Positions 33,762 to 42,720 of a stretch of 64,000 nucleotides of DNA are shown in pieces. The notes beneath the pieces are model-generated. The model ran no database searches, was not told where the DNA came from, and was given only the letters and a program-made list of their open reading frames with translations. Source of the stretch: an uncultured delta proteobacterium (GTDB taxonomy: Bacteria; Myxococcota; Myxococcia; Myxococcales; Anaeromyxobacteraceae); assembly GCA_963845515.1 (NCBI GenBank), contig CAWJSR010000003.1, positions 1 to 64,000 of the forward strand, written 5' to 3'. The position numbers and the translations under genes were made by a program. The number at the start of each line of letters is the position of its first letter. Within the stretch, counting starts at the first letter, position 1.

Positions 33762-35182
33762 GAGCCCGTCCCTTCCGCAGGGCGTGAGGTCGCCCCCTCA
33801 CCCAGCCCCTCCGCCGGTGTGGGGGAGAGGTGCAGCTGGTCGGGGAGCGTGACCTCGGCGACCGTCCCGCCGCCGTCGCGCGGCCGCAGCGTCAGGTCGC
33901 CGCCGTGCTGGCGCGCGAGGGCGCGCGCGATGGTGAGCCCGAGCCCGAAGCCGCTCTCCTTGGTCGTGATCCCCGGCTTGAAGGCCGCCTCGCCGAGCGA
34001 AGGCTCGAGCCCACGCCCCCGGTCGAGCACGCGCAGCACCGCCGCGCCATCGCCGCCGGCCTCGGCGGTCAGCTCCACGGCGCCGCCGCGCGGGCTCGCG
34101 TCGATGGCGTTCTGGACGAGGTTGATCAGGATCTGCCGGACCTTTCGCGCATCGCAGCGCGCCCTGACCGGCTCCGCCGGCGCCTGGAGGAGGACGCCGC
34201 GCTCCTGCGCCATCCCCTCGTGAAGCGAGACGATCTCACGGCAGAGCGCCGCCACGTCGCTCGTGCCGAGCGCCAGGGGGACGAGCGGCCGGGAGAAGTT
34301 GAGGAACTCGTCGAGGGTGGCCTGCATCCGGTCCACCTCACGGCGGAGGACGCCGAGCCGCTCGGCCCCCTTCCCGTCGGGGAGGTGCTGCGAGAGGAGC
34401 GAGGCGAGCCCCTTCACGCTGGCGAGCGGGTTCTTCAGCTCGTGCGCGATCTCCCCGGAGAGGGCGGTCAGCTCCTCAGCCCGCTCGGCGTGCGACCGGA
34501 GGGCGTCCTGCTGCGCCGAGACCGTCCGCGCGAGCATGGCGTCGAGGGAGGTGCGCACCGTCCTGCCCGCCACGCGCACCACGGAGAGGATCACGCTGAT
34601 GACGAGCGCGAGCGGCAGGGCGCGTCCCGCTGGCGCGCCGCGCGGGGCGCCGACGGCGGCGAGCGCCATCTCAGGGAAGAGATCGAGGATCGCCTCCGCG
34701 GCCAGGGCCCAGATGAAGGCGAGCTGGAGGGCGAAGAGCCACGGCGAGACGCGAGGCGACGCGAAGAGCGCCGTCGCGATCCCGACCAGCACCACCACGG
34801 GGATGAAAGGGCTGTCGATGCCGCCGCTCACGGTGGTGAGGAGCAGGACGCCACCGCTGGCGAAGCAGACGTTGAGGTCGATCGCGCCCGGGCGGAGGCC
34901 GTGGAGCCGGTAGCGGCGGAGCTCCAGGAGGATGAAGGCGGCGATGGCCGGGAGGGCGATCCCGAGCACGATGACGCGCCAAGGCGTCCGATCGACCGCC
35001 GCGAGCCAGGCGAACAGGGCCAGGAAGAGCGGGATGAGCCAGAGCCGCGCGCGTGCCATGCGCCCGAAGAGCCGCTCCACCTCCTGCCGCTGGATCTCCT
35101 CGAAGCCGGGCGGGGTCAGGGTCTCCTCCGGGGTTGCGGTGAGCCGCCCAGCGAGGATACGTCGCTTCCCACCGCCGCGCAC
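33758..35182 (-). CDS. Membrane sensor histidine kinase
   Basis: Multiple TMs, AHELKNPL, NLVQNAIDA, DRGRG, GFGLGL. Confidence 0.9.
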   Translation of the reverse strand: MRGGGKRRILAGRLTATPEETLTPPGFEEIQRQEVERLFGRMARARLWLIPLFLALFAWLAAVDRTPWRVIVLGIALPAIAAFILLELRRYRLHGLRPGAIDLNVCFASGGVLLLTTVSGGIDSPFIPVVVLVGIATALFASPRVSPWLFALQLAFIWALAAEAILDLFPEMALAAVGAPRGAPAGRALPLALVISVILSVVRVAGRTVRTSLDAMLARTVSAQQDALRSHAERAEELTALSGEIAHELKNPLASVKGLASLLSQHLPDGKGAERLGVLRREVDRMQATLDEFLNFSRPLVPLALGTSDVAALCREIVSLHEGMAQERGVLLQAPAEPVRARCDARKVRQILINLVQNAIDASPRGGAVELTAEAGGDGAAVLRVLDRGRGLEPSLGEAAFKPGITTKESGFGLGLTIARALARQHGGDLTLRPRDGGGTVAEVTLPDQLHLSPTPAEGLGEGATSRPAEGTGS

Positions 35183-35185
35183 GGC

Positions 35186-36514
35186 TCAGCGCCCTGCCGC
35201 GCGCGCGAGCGCCGCCCGCGCGACGCCCAGCCGCGCGTGCGCCTCGGCCAGCCCCACGTCGGCCTGGTAGAGCCTGTCGTTCGCGTCCACCACGTCGAGC
35301 GACGACGCCACCCCCGCCTCGAAGCTCCGCTTCGCGCTCCCGGCCGCGTCGGCGGCCAGCTTCCGCTGCTGCTCTGCGAGCCGCAGCCGCTCCGTCGCCA
35401 CCACCACGTCGCGCACGGAGTCCTGGACCTCCTGGACGACCTGGAGCCGGACGCCCTCGGTGGCCGCCCGCGCGCCGGCGAGCTGGGCGTTCGCCTGGCG
35501 CCGCTTGCCGTAGCGGTAGCCGCCGTCGTAGAGGGCCCAGGTGAGGTCGAGCGTCGCACGCCACCCCTGCCGCTCCTGCGTGATGTACGGGACGTCGGAC
35601 GCGAAGGCCGAGAGGGAGCCGGAGAGCTGCGGGGCGAGCCGCGCCCGCGCCGAGTCGAGCTGCGCCTGTGCCCCGTCGGCCTGCGCGCGCGCGGCCGCGA
35701 GCTCCGGCCTGTGCTCCAGCGCCTGGACCACCAGCGGAGCGGCGTCGGGAGCTGCCACGGTCGCCGCCGTGGGGACCGCGACGCGCACGGGCTCCGCGCG
35801 GCCGATGAGGACGCCCAGCGCCAGCCGGGAGCGGCCGAGGTCGGCGCGCGCCCTCGCGAGATCGCTCTCGCGCCTGATCCGCTCCGTCTGGGCGCGCAGG
35901 TGGTCGAGCGGCGGCGACGTCCCCACCGCCACGCGCCGCGCGGCGGACCGCTCGTGCTCGGTCGCGCTCTCCACGGCCCGCTCGCTGGCGAGCACCACCT
36001 CCTCCGCCGCGGCGGACAGGTGGGCCGCCTGCTCGAACCCGGTCCTGATCTGCCTGCGGGCCGCCTCGGTCGTGGCGCCGGCCGCGCGGGCGGCGTCGAG
36101 CGCGGCGGCGAGGTCCCACCAGCCGCTCGGCACGACGAGTGGGACTCGGAGCGCGCCGCCCACGGTGAGCTGCTGCTCCGGCTGCAGGATGATCTCGGGC
36201 GCCCCTGGCCGGCCGAGGAGCGCCGCGAGGTCGAGCCGTGCCTCGCCTGCGTTCCTGGTGTAGGAGCCGGTCGCGACGATCGACGGCAGGAGCGGCGCCA
36301 TCGCCTGTCTGGCGACGGCCGACGCCTCGTCGGACCGGGCGCGAGCCTGCTGCAGGGCGAGGCTCCGCTCGTCGAGCTGCGCCAGGGCGTCCTCCAGTGA
36401 GAGGAGGGCGGGCTCGGGCTCGCCGGCCGCGGCGGTCCCGGCGATGGGCGCAGCGGCTGGCTCAGCGGCGAGCGCAGCGGCGAGGAGGGTGCCGAGTCGG
36501 ACCATGGCGATCAT
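35186..36514 (-). CDS. TolC-family outer-membrane efflux protein
   Basis: Signal peptide; LSLEDAL; two OEP repeats; LYDGG; GVASSLDVVDA. Confidence 0.88.
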   Translation of the reverse strand: MIAMVRLGTLLAAALAAEPAAAPIAGTAAAGEPEPALLSLEDALAQLDERSLALQQARARSDEASAVARQAMAPLLPSIVATGSYTRNAGEARLDLAALLGRPGAPEIILQPEQQLTVGGALRVPLVVPSGWWDLAAALDAARAAGATTEAARRQIRTGFEQAAHLSAAAEEVVLASERAVESATEHERSAARRVAVGTSPPLDHLRAQTERIRRESDLARARADLGRSRLALGVLIGRAEPVRVAVPTAATVAAPDAAPLVVQALEHRPELAAARAQADGAQAQLDSARARLAPQLSGSLSAFASDVPYITQERQGWRATLDLTWALYDGGYRYGKRRQANAQLAGARAATEGVRLQVVQEVQDSVRDVVVATERLRLAEQQRKLAADAAGSAKRSFEAGVASSLDVVDANDRLYQADVGLAEAHARLGVARAALARAAGR

Positions 36515-36632
36515 GCTTGCTCCCGTGCGGGCCGGGGCGTGGCGCCCCGCCGGCGGCAGAGGAGAGAGCAAGACCGGTGCCTGCCCTTGCCGGCCAATAA
36601 CCGAGCGCTTTTGGCGCTGCGCGCGGCCGGGA

Positions 36633-36672
36633 GCGTCAGGTGGACCGACGCGGGCGTCGGACTTCCTTACAC
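36633..36672. promoter_or_regulatory. Candidate tandem enhancer (UAS) sites for the NtrC-type activator
   Basis: Imperfect palindromes GCGTCAG-N5-CCGACGC and GCGTCGG-N5-CTTACAC, 21 bp apart. Confidence 0.45.
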
Positions 36673-36745
36673 CTGCGATCGCGGCCAACCGCGGGCAGGC
36701 GACGGAAGGCCCCATTACGACGGGGGGAAGGGCCAGGGCGCGCGG

Positions 36746-36760
36746 CGGCACGCCACTTGC
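36746..36760 (+). promoter_or_regulatory. Sigma54 (-24/-12) promoter of the HlyD-ABC operon
   Basis: CGGCAC-gccac-TTGC with canonical spacing, 42 nt before ATG 36803. Confidence 0.72.
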
Positions 36761-36802
36761 GACGAGAGCGGGCTCCGGCCCAGCGGGCCGCGGGAGATTC
36801 AA

Positions 36803-37675
36803 ATGCGCAGAGTCATCGGGATCCTGATCGTACTCGTCGTCGGAATGGGCGCCCTGATCGGCGTCCGCCTGCTCCGGCAGCAGCGCGCCCTGAGCGGCCC
36901 GTCGGGGGGCTCGGGCGAGATCGAGGGGACCACGGTGGACCTCTCCTCGCGCGTCGGTGCGCGGATCGTGGGGCTCCAGGTCCGCGAGGGGCAGGCGGTG
37001 AAGAAGGGGGACCTGCTCGTCTCGCTCGACTGCGCCGAGCCCGAGGTGCTCCTGGCCGAGGCGGAGGCGCGGCTCGCCGGGGCGCGGGCCCAGGCGGGCG
37101 CGGCCGAGACGCAGCGCGGCGCGGCCGAGCGGCAGGCGAAGCGGCTCGAGAGGTTGCCGGAGGACGTGGCCGCGGCCAGCGTCGACCAGAGCGCGAGCGG
37201 CGCGCAGGGGGCCGCCCGCCAGTCGGAGGCGGCCCGCGCGCAGGTGCGGGCGGCGGCTGCCGCCGTCGAGCGGGCCCGGCTCCTTGCCGGCGAGTGCGTC
37301 GTGCGCGCGCCGCGCGACGCCGAGATCTCGCTCCTGCCGCGCGAGGCTGGGGAGTTCGTCCCGCCCGGCCAGGTCCTCGCTCGGCTCGTCGATCTCTCCG
37401 CGCCGATCGCCACCTTCTACCTCCCGAACGCCGAGGTGGGGGCGGTGAAGCCGGGCGCGCGCGCGGTCGTCGTCGCCGACGCCTTCCCCGGCGAGGAGTT
37501 CGAGGGCACGGTGCGGACGGTTGCGCTGGAGGCCGAGTTCACCCCTCGGAACATCCAGACCCGCTCCGACCGCGATCGGCTCGTCTACCCGGTCGAGGTC
37601 GCGGTCGTGAACCGAGACGGCAAGCTCCGCGCTGGGATGCCGGTCCAGGTGACGCTGCCGGGGACGGGGAGGTAG
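36803..37675 (+). CDS. HlyD-family membrane fusion protein (YbhG-like)
   Basis: N-terminal TM, SGEIEGTTV, VREGQAVKKGDLL, AEFTPRNIQT..R..LVY. Confidence 0.9.
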   Translation: MRRVIGILIVLVVGMGALIGVRLLRQQRALSGPSGGSGEIEGTTVDLSSRVGARIVGLQVREGQAVKKGDLLVSLDCAEPEVLLAEAEARLAGARAQAGAAETQRGAAERQAKRLERLPEDVAAASVDQSASGAQGAARQSEAARAQVRAAAAAVERARLLAGECVVRAPRDAEISLLPREAGEFVPPGQVLARLVDLSAPIATFYLPNAEVGAVKPGARAVVVADAFPGEEFEGTVRTVALEAEFTPRNIQTRSDRDRLVYPVEVAVVNRDGKLRAGMPVQVTLPGTGR

Positions 37676-37677
37676 CG

Positions 37678-38460
37678 GTGGCCTCGGCAGCCCGGCCGCT
37701 CGCGGCGACCGACGGCCCCGCCGTGAGCGCACGGGGGCTCGTGCGCCGCTTCGGCGACGTCGTCGCCCTCGACGGCTTCTCGCTCGAGATCCCACGGGGC
37801 GAGCTCTACGGCCTCGTCGGGCCGGATGGCGCCGGGAAGACCACCTTCATCCGGGCGCTGGCCGGGCTCCTCGACGTGGACGCTGGCGAGGTGCGGGTGC
37901 TCGGGGAGGATCCGGCGAAGGGGGGCGTCCGCGAGCGGGTGGGGCTCATGCCGCAGCAGTTCAGCCTCTACCGCGACCTCTCCGTGGCGGAGAACCTCAA
38001 GTTCTTCTCGCGGCTCAACGCGCTGACGCGCGCGGAGCACCGGCGCCGCACCGAGCGGCTCCTCGCCATCACGCGGCTCGCGCCGTTCGCCGATCGGCGT
38101 GCCGAGGCGCTCTCCGGCGGCATGTACAAGAAGCTGGCGCTCGCCTGCGCGCTCCTGCACGAGCCGGAGGTGCTGCTGCTCGACGAGCCGACCAACGGCG
38201 TCGACCCGGTCTCCCGACGCGAGCTCTGGGAGCTGCTCCACGAGTTCGTCCACGGCGGGATGACGGTCCTCATCTCGACGCCGTACATGGACGAGGCGGA
38301 GCGCTGCCACCGCGTCGGGCTCGCCTACCGGGGCCGGATCCTCGTGGAGGGGGCGCCGCAGGCGCTGGTGGCAGAGCACGGCGTGCGGTCCTTCGAGGAG
38401 ATCTTCCTCGCGCGCATCGCCGCCGCCGAGAGCGTGGACGCGAAGGAGGCCCAGCCGTGA
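37678..38460 (+). CDS. ABC transporter ATP-binding protein
   Basis: GPDGAGKTT, LSGGMYKKL, LLDEPTNGVDP. Confidence 0.9.
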   Translation: MASAARPLAATDGPAVSARGLVRRFGDVVALDGFSLEIPRGELYGLVGPDGAGKTTFIRALAGLLDVDAGEVRVLGEDPAKGGVRERVGLMPQQFSLYRDLSVAENLKFFSRLNALTRAEHRRRTERLLAITRLAPFADRRAEALSGGMYKKLALACALLHEPEVLLLDEPTNGVDPVSRRELWELLHEFVHGGMTVLISTPYMDEAERCHRVGLAYRGRILVEGAPQALVAEHGVRSFEEIFLARIAAAESVDAKEAQP

Positions 38461-39404
38461 CGCACGCGATCGAGGCGTCCGGGCTCTCCCGCAGGTACGG
38501 CGCCTTCACGGCGGTGGACCGCGTCACCTTCGACGTCGGGCAGGGGGAGATCTTCGGCTACCTCGGCGCCAACGGCGCCGGGAAGTCCACCACCATCCGC
38601 ATGCTGACGGGGCTCCTGGCGCCGACCGGCGGCGAGGCCCGGGTCGCCGGCTACGACGTGAAGGCCGAGCCGGAGGCGGTGAAGGCGGCCATCGGCTACA
38701 TGTCGCAGAAGTTCTCGCTCTACCTCGACCTGCCGGTGATCGAGAACCTCCGCTTCTTCGGCGGCGCCTACGGCCTCTCCGGCAAGGCGCTCCTCTCCCG
38801 CGTCGAGGAGCTGCTCGAGCTCGTCGACCTGCGTGGTCACGAGCAGGACACGACCGGTGCGATGCCTGGAGGGATGCGGCAGCGGGTGGCGCTGGCCGGC
38901 GCGCTCCTGCACCGGCCGGGCGTCGTCTTCCTGGACGAGCCGACGGCGGGCGTCGACCCGGTCGCGCGGCGCCTCTTCTGGAAGCTCATCCGCGACGTGG
39001 CCTCCGGAGGGACCACCGTCTTCGTGACCACGCACTACCTCGACGAGGCCGAGTACTGCGCCCGGATCGGCCTGATGGTGGACGGCCGCCTCGTGGCCCT
39101 CGACACGCCCGCGGCGCTCAAGCGGGACTGGGTTCCCGACCGCCTGGTCGTCGCGCGGGGGCGCGGCCTGGCGGGTGCCGCGGAGCGGCTCCGCGCGGCC
39201 CCTGGCGTCCGCGCGGTGGCGGCCTTCGGCGCCGGGTTCCACGTCCGGGTCGACCGCGCCGGGCTCGACGCCGCCGGCGTCGCCGCGATCCTCTCCGGCG
39301 CGGGGGCGACCGACCTGCACGTGGAAGAGACCGCCCCGTCGCTGGAGGACGTCTTCCTGGCGGTCGTGGACCGCGGCGCCGCCGCCGGGGAGGGCACGCC
39401 ATGA
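38457..39404 (+). CDS. ABC transporter ATP-binding protein
   Basis: GANGAGKST, FLDEPTAGVDP, TTHYLDEAE. Confidence 0.92.
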   Translation: MTHAIEASGLSRRYGAFTAVDRVTFDVGQGEIFGYLGANGAGKSTTIRMLTGLLAPTGGEARVAGYDVKAEPEAVKAAIGYMSQKFSLYLDLPVIENLRFFGGAYGLSGKALLSRVEELLELVDLRGHEQDTTGAMPGGMRQRVALAGALLHRPGVVFLDEPTAGVDPVARRLFWKLIRDVASGGTTVFVTTHYLDEAEYCARIGLMVDGRLVALDTPAALKRDWVPDRLVVARGRGLAGAAERLRAAPGVRAVAAFGAGFHVRVDRAGLDAAGVAAILSGAGATDLHVEETAPSLEDVFLAVVDRGAAAGEGTP

Positions 39405-40540
39405 CCCTGCCGCCGCGCCTGCGCCGCTCGCTCATCCGGATCGGCGCCATGGCCTCCAAGGAGACGAGCCACATCATCCGCGACCCGCGCACGCTCTACC
39501 TGGCGCTGGTGATGCCGGTGGTGATGCTCTTCCTCTTCGGCTACGGCGTCGCCTTCGACCTCGACCGGATCCCCATCGCCTTCGCCGACCGGGACGCGAC
39601 CGCGACGTCGCGCGCGCTCGCCCGCGCCTTCACCGCCAACGGCGAGTTCGAGCGGGTGGCAGACGTCGAGGCGGCCGACGCCGAGCGGCTCTTCCGGCGC
39701 AGCGGCGCGCTGGCCGTGCTCGTGATCCCCGACGGCTACGCCGCCGACCTCGCACGGGGGCGCCCCGTCGAGCTCCAGCTGCTGGTGGACGGTGCCGACA
39801 CCGTGGTGGCCAACCAGGTCCTCTCGAAGGCCGACGCGGTCGTGCGGGCCCAGCTCCTGCGGCTGGCCGGCCCGGACGCCGCGCGCGTGGCGCCGCCGGT
39901 CCAGGCGAAGGTCTGGACGCGCTACAACCCGTCGGGCCGCTCGGCGCTCTTCATGGTGCCGGGGCTCGTCGTCTACCTGCTCGCCATCTCGGCGGTGCTC
40001 CTGACGGCGCTCACCGTGGCCGGGGAGTGGGAGCGCGGCTCGATGGAGCAGCTCTTCGCCTCGCCGGTGGGGCGGCTCGAGATCGTGATCGGCAAGCTCC
40101 TGCCGTACCTCGTCCTCGGCCTGGTCGAGTTCCAGCTCGTCCTCGCCTTCGGCGTCACGGCGTTCGATCTCCCCATCCGCGGCTCCGGACTGCTCCTGGG
40201 CGTCGCCGGGGTCCTCTTCCTCCTCGGCATGCTCGGGCAGGGGCTGCTCATCTCGGTCGTCACCAGGAATCAGCTCGTCGCGACGCAGGCCGGGGCGCTC
40301 TCGGCGCTCCTGCCGTCGCTCCTCCTCTCCGGGATGATCTTCCCGCTCGACAGCATGCCGCTGCCGCTCCAGGCCCTCGCGAAGCTCATCCCGGCGCAGT
40401 ACCTGCTCCACGCGCTGCGCGGCATCCTCCTCAAGGGGAACGGCCTGGCCCAGGTCTGGCCCGACCTGGTCGCGCTGGCGGTCTTCGCCACGGCGGTCGT
40501 CGCGATCTCCACGGCCCGCTTCAAGCGGAGGCTCGCATGA
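39401..40540 (+). CDS. ABC-2 permease (YbhS-like)
   Basis: KETSHIIRDPR, YNP, EWERGSMEQL, LSGMIFP. Confidence 0.9.
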   Translation: MTLPPRLRRSLIRIGAMASKETSHIIRDPRTLYLALVMPVVMLFLFGYGVAFDLDRIPIAFADRDATATSRALARAFTANGEFERVADVEAADAERLFRRSGALAVLVIPDGYAADLARGRPVELQLLVDGADTVVANQVLSKADAVVRAQLLRLAGPDAARVAPPVQAKVWTRYNPSGRSALFMVPGLVVYLLAISAVLLTALTVAGEWERGSMEQLFASPVGRLEIVIGKLLPYLVLGLVEFQLVLAFGVTAFDLPIRGSGLLLGVAGVLFLLGMLGQGLLISVVTRNQLVATQAGALSALLPSLLLSGMIFPLDSMPLPLQALAKLIPAQYLLHALRGILLKGNGLAQVWPDLVALAVFATAVVAISTARFKRRLA

Positions 40541-41688
40541 CCCGCGCCCGGCGCACCGCCCCGCCAGCCCGGCTCCAGCTCGCCGCCGTCATCCGCAAGG
40601 AGGTCCTGCAGACCATCCGCGACCGACGGGTGATGTTCCTCCTGATGGTGGCGCCGCTGATCCAGACCATCGTCTTCGGCTTCGCCGTCAACTTCGACGT
40701 GGACGACGTCCCGACGGTGGTGGCCGACCTCGACCGGAGCGCGGAGAGCCGGCTTCACACCCGGCGCCTCCTCGCGGACGGGACGCTCGCCAGCGCGGGG
40801 ACTGCCGGCAGCCCGGTGGACGCCGAGCGGGCGCTCGACGCCGGGAGGGCCGCGGCGGCGGTGGTCTTCCCCGACGGGTTCGCGTCGGACCTCGCGGCGG
40901 GCCGCGCTGCGGAGGTGCAGGTGGTCATCGACGGGACGGATCCCAACCGCGCCACGGTCGCGTCGGCGGCGGCCGCCCGCTACTTCGGCGAGCTGGGGGC
41001 GGCGCTCCAGCGGGATCGGATGGCGGCCCTCGGCGCGCGGGGGCCGGACGTCAGGCTCGTCCCCCGCATAGCCTGGAACCCCACGCTGCGGTCCGCCCCG
41101 TACATGGTGCCCGGGATCGCGGGGATGCTGCTCATCATCGTCACCACCATCATCACGGCCATGGGGCTCGCGCGGGAGCGCGAGATGGGGACGCTCGAGC
41201 AGGTGATGGTGACGCCGATCCAGCCCCTCTGGCTCCTGCTCGGAAAGATGACCCCCTACGTGGTCATCGGGATCGTGGACGTGATGCTGCTGGTCGGGGT
41301 CGGGAGCTGGCTCTTCGACATCCCGATCCGCGGCATGCCGCTGGCGCTGCTCACCGGGACCGTCCTCTACCTCTTCTCGACGCTCGGGGTGGGGCTGCTG
41401 ATCTCCACCATCTCGGCGAACCAGCAGCAGGCCTTCCTCGGCGGGTTCCTGTTCGCCATCCCCGCGATAATCCTCTCCGGCGTGATGACGCCGGTCCGCG
41501 CCATGCCCGACTGGCTGCGGCCGCTCACCTACGCCAACCCCGTCCGCTGGTTCGTCGAGGTGATGCGGGGCGTCATGCTGCGCGGGGCCGGCTTCGCCGA
41601 CCTCTGGCTCCAGCTCCTCGCGCTCCTGGTGATCGGCTCTGCCATCCTCCTCTTCGCCGCCGCCCGGTTCCGTAAACGGCTGGTTTGA
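40537..41688 (+). CDS. ABC-2 permease (YbhR-like)
   Basis: KEVLQTIRD, WNP, REREMGTLEQ, LSGVMTP..MPDWL. Confidence 0.9.
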   Translation: MTRARRTAPPARLQLAAVIRKEVLQTIRDRRVMFLLMVAPLIQTIVFGFAVNFDVDDVPTVVADLDRSAESRLHTRRLLADGTLASAGTAGSPVDAERALDAGRAAAAVVFPDGFASDLAAGRAAEVQVVIDGTDPNRATVASAAAARYFGELGAALQRDRMAALGARGPDVRLVPRIAWNPTLRSAPYMVPGIAGMLLIIVTTIITAMGLAREREMGTLEQVMVTPIQPLWLLLGKMTPYVVIGIVDVMLLVGVGSWLFDIPIRGMPLALLTGTVLYLFSTLGVGLLISTISANQQQAFLGGFLFAIPAIILSGVMTPVRAMPDWLRPLTYANPVRWFVEVMRGVMLRGAGFADLWLQLLALLVIGSAILLFAAARFRKRLV

Positions 41689-41882
41689 CGGGTTTGGAGG
41701 GGTGGGATCCCCGGTCCGAGGTGCGGCATCGGAGGGCTGGATCTCCCGGTGTGGACGGGGTATGAGAGGCAACCCTGAGTCGACTTCCGCGGGATTCATT
41801 CCAGGTGCTCGCGGGTTGAAGCGACACCCGATTCTCGTGAGCGGGTGACAGCGAACGTTCAAGCCTCCCGGAGGTTCACCGC

Positions 41883-42650
41883 ATGCGTGGTATCACCGTC
41901 GTCCTGCTAGCCGCCGTAATCGCCGCGGTTGGCTGCAAGAAGTCCGAGCCCGCCGGGCAGCAGCCGGCCGGCGCCCCGTCGGCAGAGGCCGGCGCTCCGT
42001 CGACCCGCATCGAGGGGAAGCTCCTCGAGAAGATCGACGCGCCTCCCTACACGTACCTGAAGATCAAGACCGCCTCCGCCGAGACGTGGGCCGCGGTCCC
42101 GAAGGCCGAGGTCGCAGTCGGCCAGCAGGTGACCGTCGTCGACGCGATGCCGATGGAGAAGTTCGAGTCGAAGACGCTCAAGCGCACGTTCGACGTCGTC
42201 TACTTCGGCAACATCCCCGGCCCTGGTGCCGCGCCCGCCGCCGGCGCGCCCGCGGGCGCCGAGGGTGGTCCGGGCATGGCCGCGCAGCACGCCATGGCCG
42301 CCTCCGGCCCCTCCGAGGTCGGTGACGTGAAGGTCGCCAAGGCGACCGGCGCCGACTCCCGCACCGTGGCCGAGGTCTGGGCCCAGCGGAAGGCGCTCAA
42401 GGACAAGCCGGTCACCATCCGCGGCAAGGTCGTCAAGTTCAACCCGGGCATCATGGGGAAGAACTGGCTCCACCTCCGCGACGGCTCGGGCACGGTCGAC
42501 AAGAAGGACAACGACATCACCATCACCACCGCGGACACCGTGGCGGTCGGCGACGTCGTCACCGCGAAGGGCAAGGTCCTCGTCGAGAAGGACTTCGGCG
42601 CCGGCTACGCCTACCCGGTCATCATCGAAGAGGCGAAGGTCGCGAAGTAG
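41883..42650 (+). CDS. Lipoprotein with two OB-fold-like domains
   Basis: Lipobox AVGC; YTYL..WAAV; IMGKNWLHLRDGSG; DFGAGYAY. Confidence 0.75.
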   Translation: MRGITVVLLAAVIAAVGCKKSEPAGQQPAGAPSAEAGAPSTRIEGKLLEKIDAPPYTYLKIKTASAETWAAVPKAEVAVGQQVTVVDAMPMEKFESKTLKRTFDVVYFGNIPGPGAAPAAGAPAGAEGGPGMAAQHAMAASGPSEVGDVKVAKATGADSRTVAEVWAQRKALKDKPVTIRGKVVKFNPGIMGKNWLHLRDGSGTVDKKDNDITITTADTVAVGDVVTAKGKVLVEKDFGAGYAYPVIIEEAKVAK

Positions 42651-42673
42651 GCGACGCTTCCCCCGAAGCACCG

Positions 42674-42709
42674 ACGGGCGCGCTCCGCGAGGGGCGCGCC
42701 CGTTTCACA
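42674..42709 (+). terminator. Hairpin terminator between convergent genes
   Basis: ACGGGCGCGCTCC-GCGA-GGGGCGCGCCCGT followed by ttcaca. Confidence 0.7.
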
Positions 42710-42720
42710 TCGGGGCTCGT

